NCBI GenBank assembly: GCA_002269645.1
Contig: NIVC01002260.1
Coordinates: 62,001-126,000 of the forward strand
Direction: 5' to 3'
DNA length: 64,000 nt
DNA from: Macrostomum lignano
Taxonomy: Eukaryota
Shown here: piece by piece, positions 62,608 through 64,000 of the stretch
How the letters are laid out: each line of letters starts with the position of its first letter
Position numbering within the stretch: the stretch's first letter is position 1
The notes under the pieces: generated by a model
Told to the model about the DNA's origin: nothing
The model's database searches: none
The model's input: the letters and a program-made list of their open reading frames with translations, nothing else
Translations under genes and position numbers: made by a program

Positions 62608-64000
62608 TATGGCTATTTAATTATCAAAACATCTTGCCACGCAAAAACAACTCAAATCAGCAAGAATGAATTGTCACCCGATGTTTTGCTTCCAAAACCA
62701 CAGTTCGATGGGTAGAATGATCAAATAACGGAGGTATTAACTGGAGTTAATTCAATTGGGCCAAGAATATGAGCTAACTTATGCGACTGAGAGAGCGCGC
62801 ATCAATAAAATTTGCACAAAACTATGGTTAAAGATTGGTGACAGTTTCAACAAGCCTCCAACTTTTGAATTTAGCTTTGTTCCACCGACACCGACTACTG
62901 ATGAGCATATCAAGAGCATATCTTCTAAAAAACTATTCAATTACTTCTAATTAACATAATAGCCGTTTGATTTGTTGAATTCGCCTCTTTCGCATCTCTA
63001 GTTCGATTGCATTTTAAGCCTCGTGATGAGTATATGGGCAATGTAGTCAGGCATTGCTGCCAGTGCCTGCTGCAATGGCAGCTGTAAAGAGCGGAAAACA
63101 GACAGGCTGGTACAGGATAATACAGAATATTTCAGACGTGAACTTGCTCCAACTTTATGCACGTGTCATATTGCGCAGGTGAAGTCTAGCTAAGATGCAG
63201 TTATTGGGCTTTTTGGTATATTAGTCCTCAACTCAGCGCTTCCAAGGCCTTAACGACATGCTCTCGAGCTGCTGTGCCTTTTTGCGTCTTCGATGACTGA
63301 AAGTTCAAAACCACAGCTTCAATGAAGCTCCCCCTCAAGGAAGATCTCCAATCACCATCTCCAATGAAGACCCTGAAGGTAACAGGGGCCTCCGGAGCAG
63401 CTTGAGTCAGCTGGGTCATCGATGGCTGAATGCAAATGCAAAGGAGCATCTCAGTTGTGGAAACATAGAGAGGCGTATACGAATTCAATAACGAAGTTTA
63501 AACCCGATTGAAAAGTTCTATGGTTTGGTTTCGATCAGTTGCCTCACACCTGACGACTCAATTTTTCTTCGAAAAAATTTACCTAACTTAAAAATTTGCT
63601 GACCGTCGCAGAATTTTCTCCCAGCGACCCTGCCGGGAGCCTGAGGGCTCCCTCCCTGCTCAGCACGCGACTCTGCTCCGCATGAAGCCGCCCCGAGCCG
63701 AGAGCAGCGCGGCTGACGGCCCTTGGCCAGTTGGCGCCCCAATCAACAACCTCCCCAAATCGAAGCCATGGGATCCATTTTTCCCTTTCTCGCTCCTCGC
63801 TTTGGCGAAAAAACTTTTTTTCACCACAGCCGTCTTCCAGTCTTCACCTTCTGCTGCTCACGGGGGCGAACAGCAACTGTTCAGCATCGATTTTTGAGCA
63901 GCGTCAACAGCCTCGAGGAACCTTCCTGCCCGAGTGCCCCGGCCGCAGCTGCAGCTCCTGTCGGGAATTTTTTGCAGGGAAAAAGCTGAATTTTTGAAAC

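Noticed and set aside
63228-63997. Short ORFs at the window end
   Set aside because: No homology cues, start context or splice support

Overview
Eukaryotic (invertebrate metazoan) genomic DNA. The minisatellite-filled introns and overall style resemble a free-living flatworm such as Macrostomum, but the taxon cannot be verified from the sequence. Contents by region: (1) 0-9 kb is non-coding DNA with minisatellites and many AP-1-type motifs, plus one orphan exon and an N gap. (2) 10-21 kb is a transposon pile-up: a Mutator-type MITE, a hAT-type MITE and three related non-autonomous Helitrons, one nested in another. (3) 22.7-37.1 kb is a complete 13-exon PRPF8/Prp8 gene (2405 aa). It has two C/D-box snoRNAs predicted to guide U6 Cm62 (SNORD94-like), a different tandem repeat in most introns, and a broken antisense PAN-like secreted-protein gene in intron 4. 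(4) 39-47.5 kb holds small orphan genes: a neuropeptide-like precursor with an in-frame TGA, a 98-aa membrane protein and a 4-exon unknown gene. (5) 48.6-62.5 kb is the standout, absent as a whole from the ORF track: a 16-coding-exon gene for a ~4085-aa secreted, extremely Arg/Lys-rich protein. It has ~14 follistatin-N-like Cys modules, two SUEL (Gal/rhamnose-binding) lectin domains and a ~2000-aa poly-arginine repeat, and is a candidate glue, mucus or cationic defence secretion. Most other ORFs in the supplied track are artefacts of tandem repeats.
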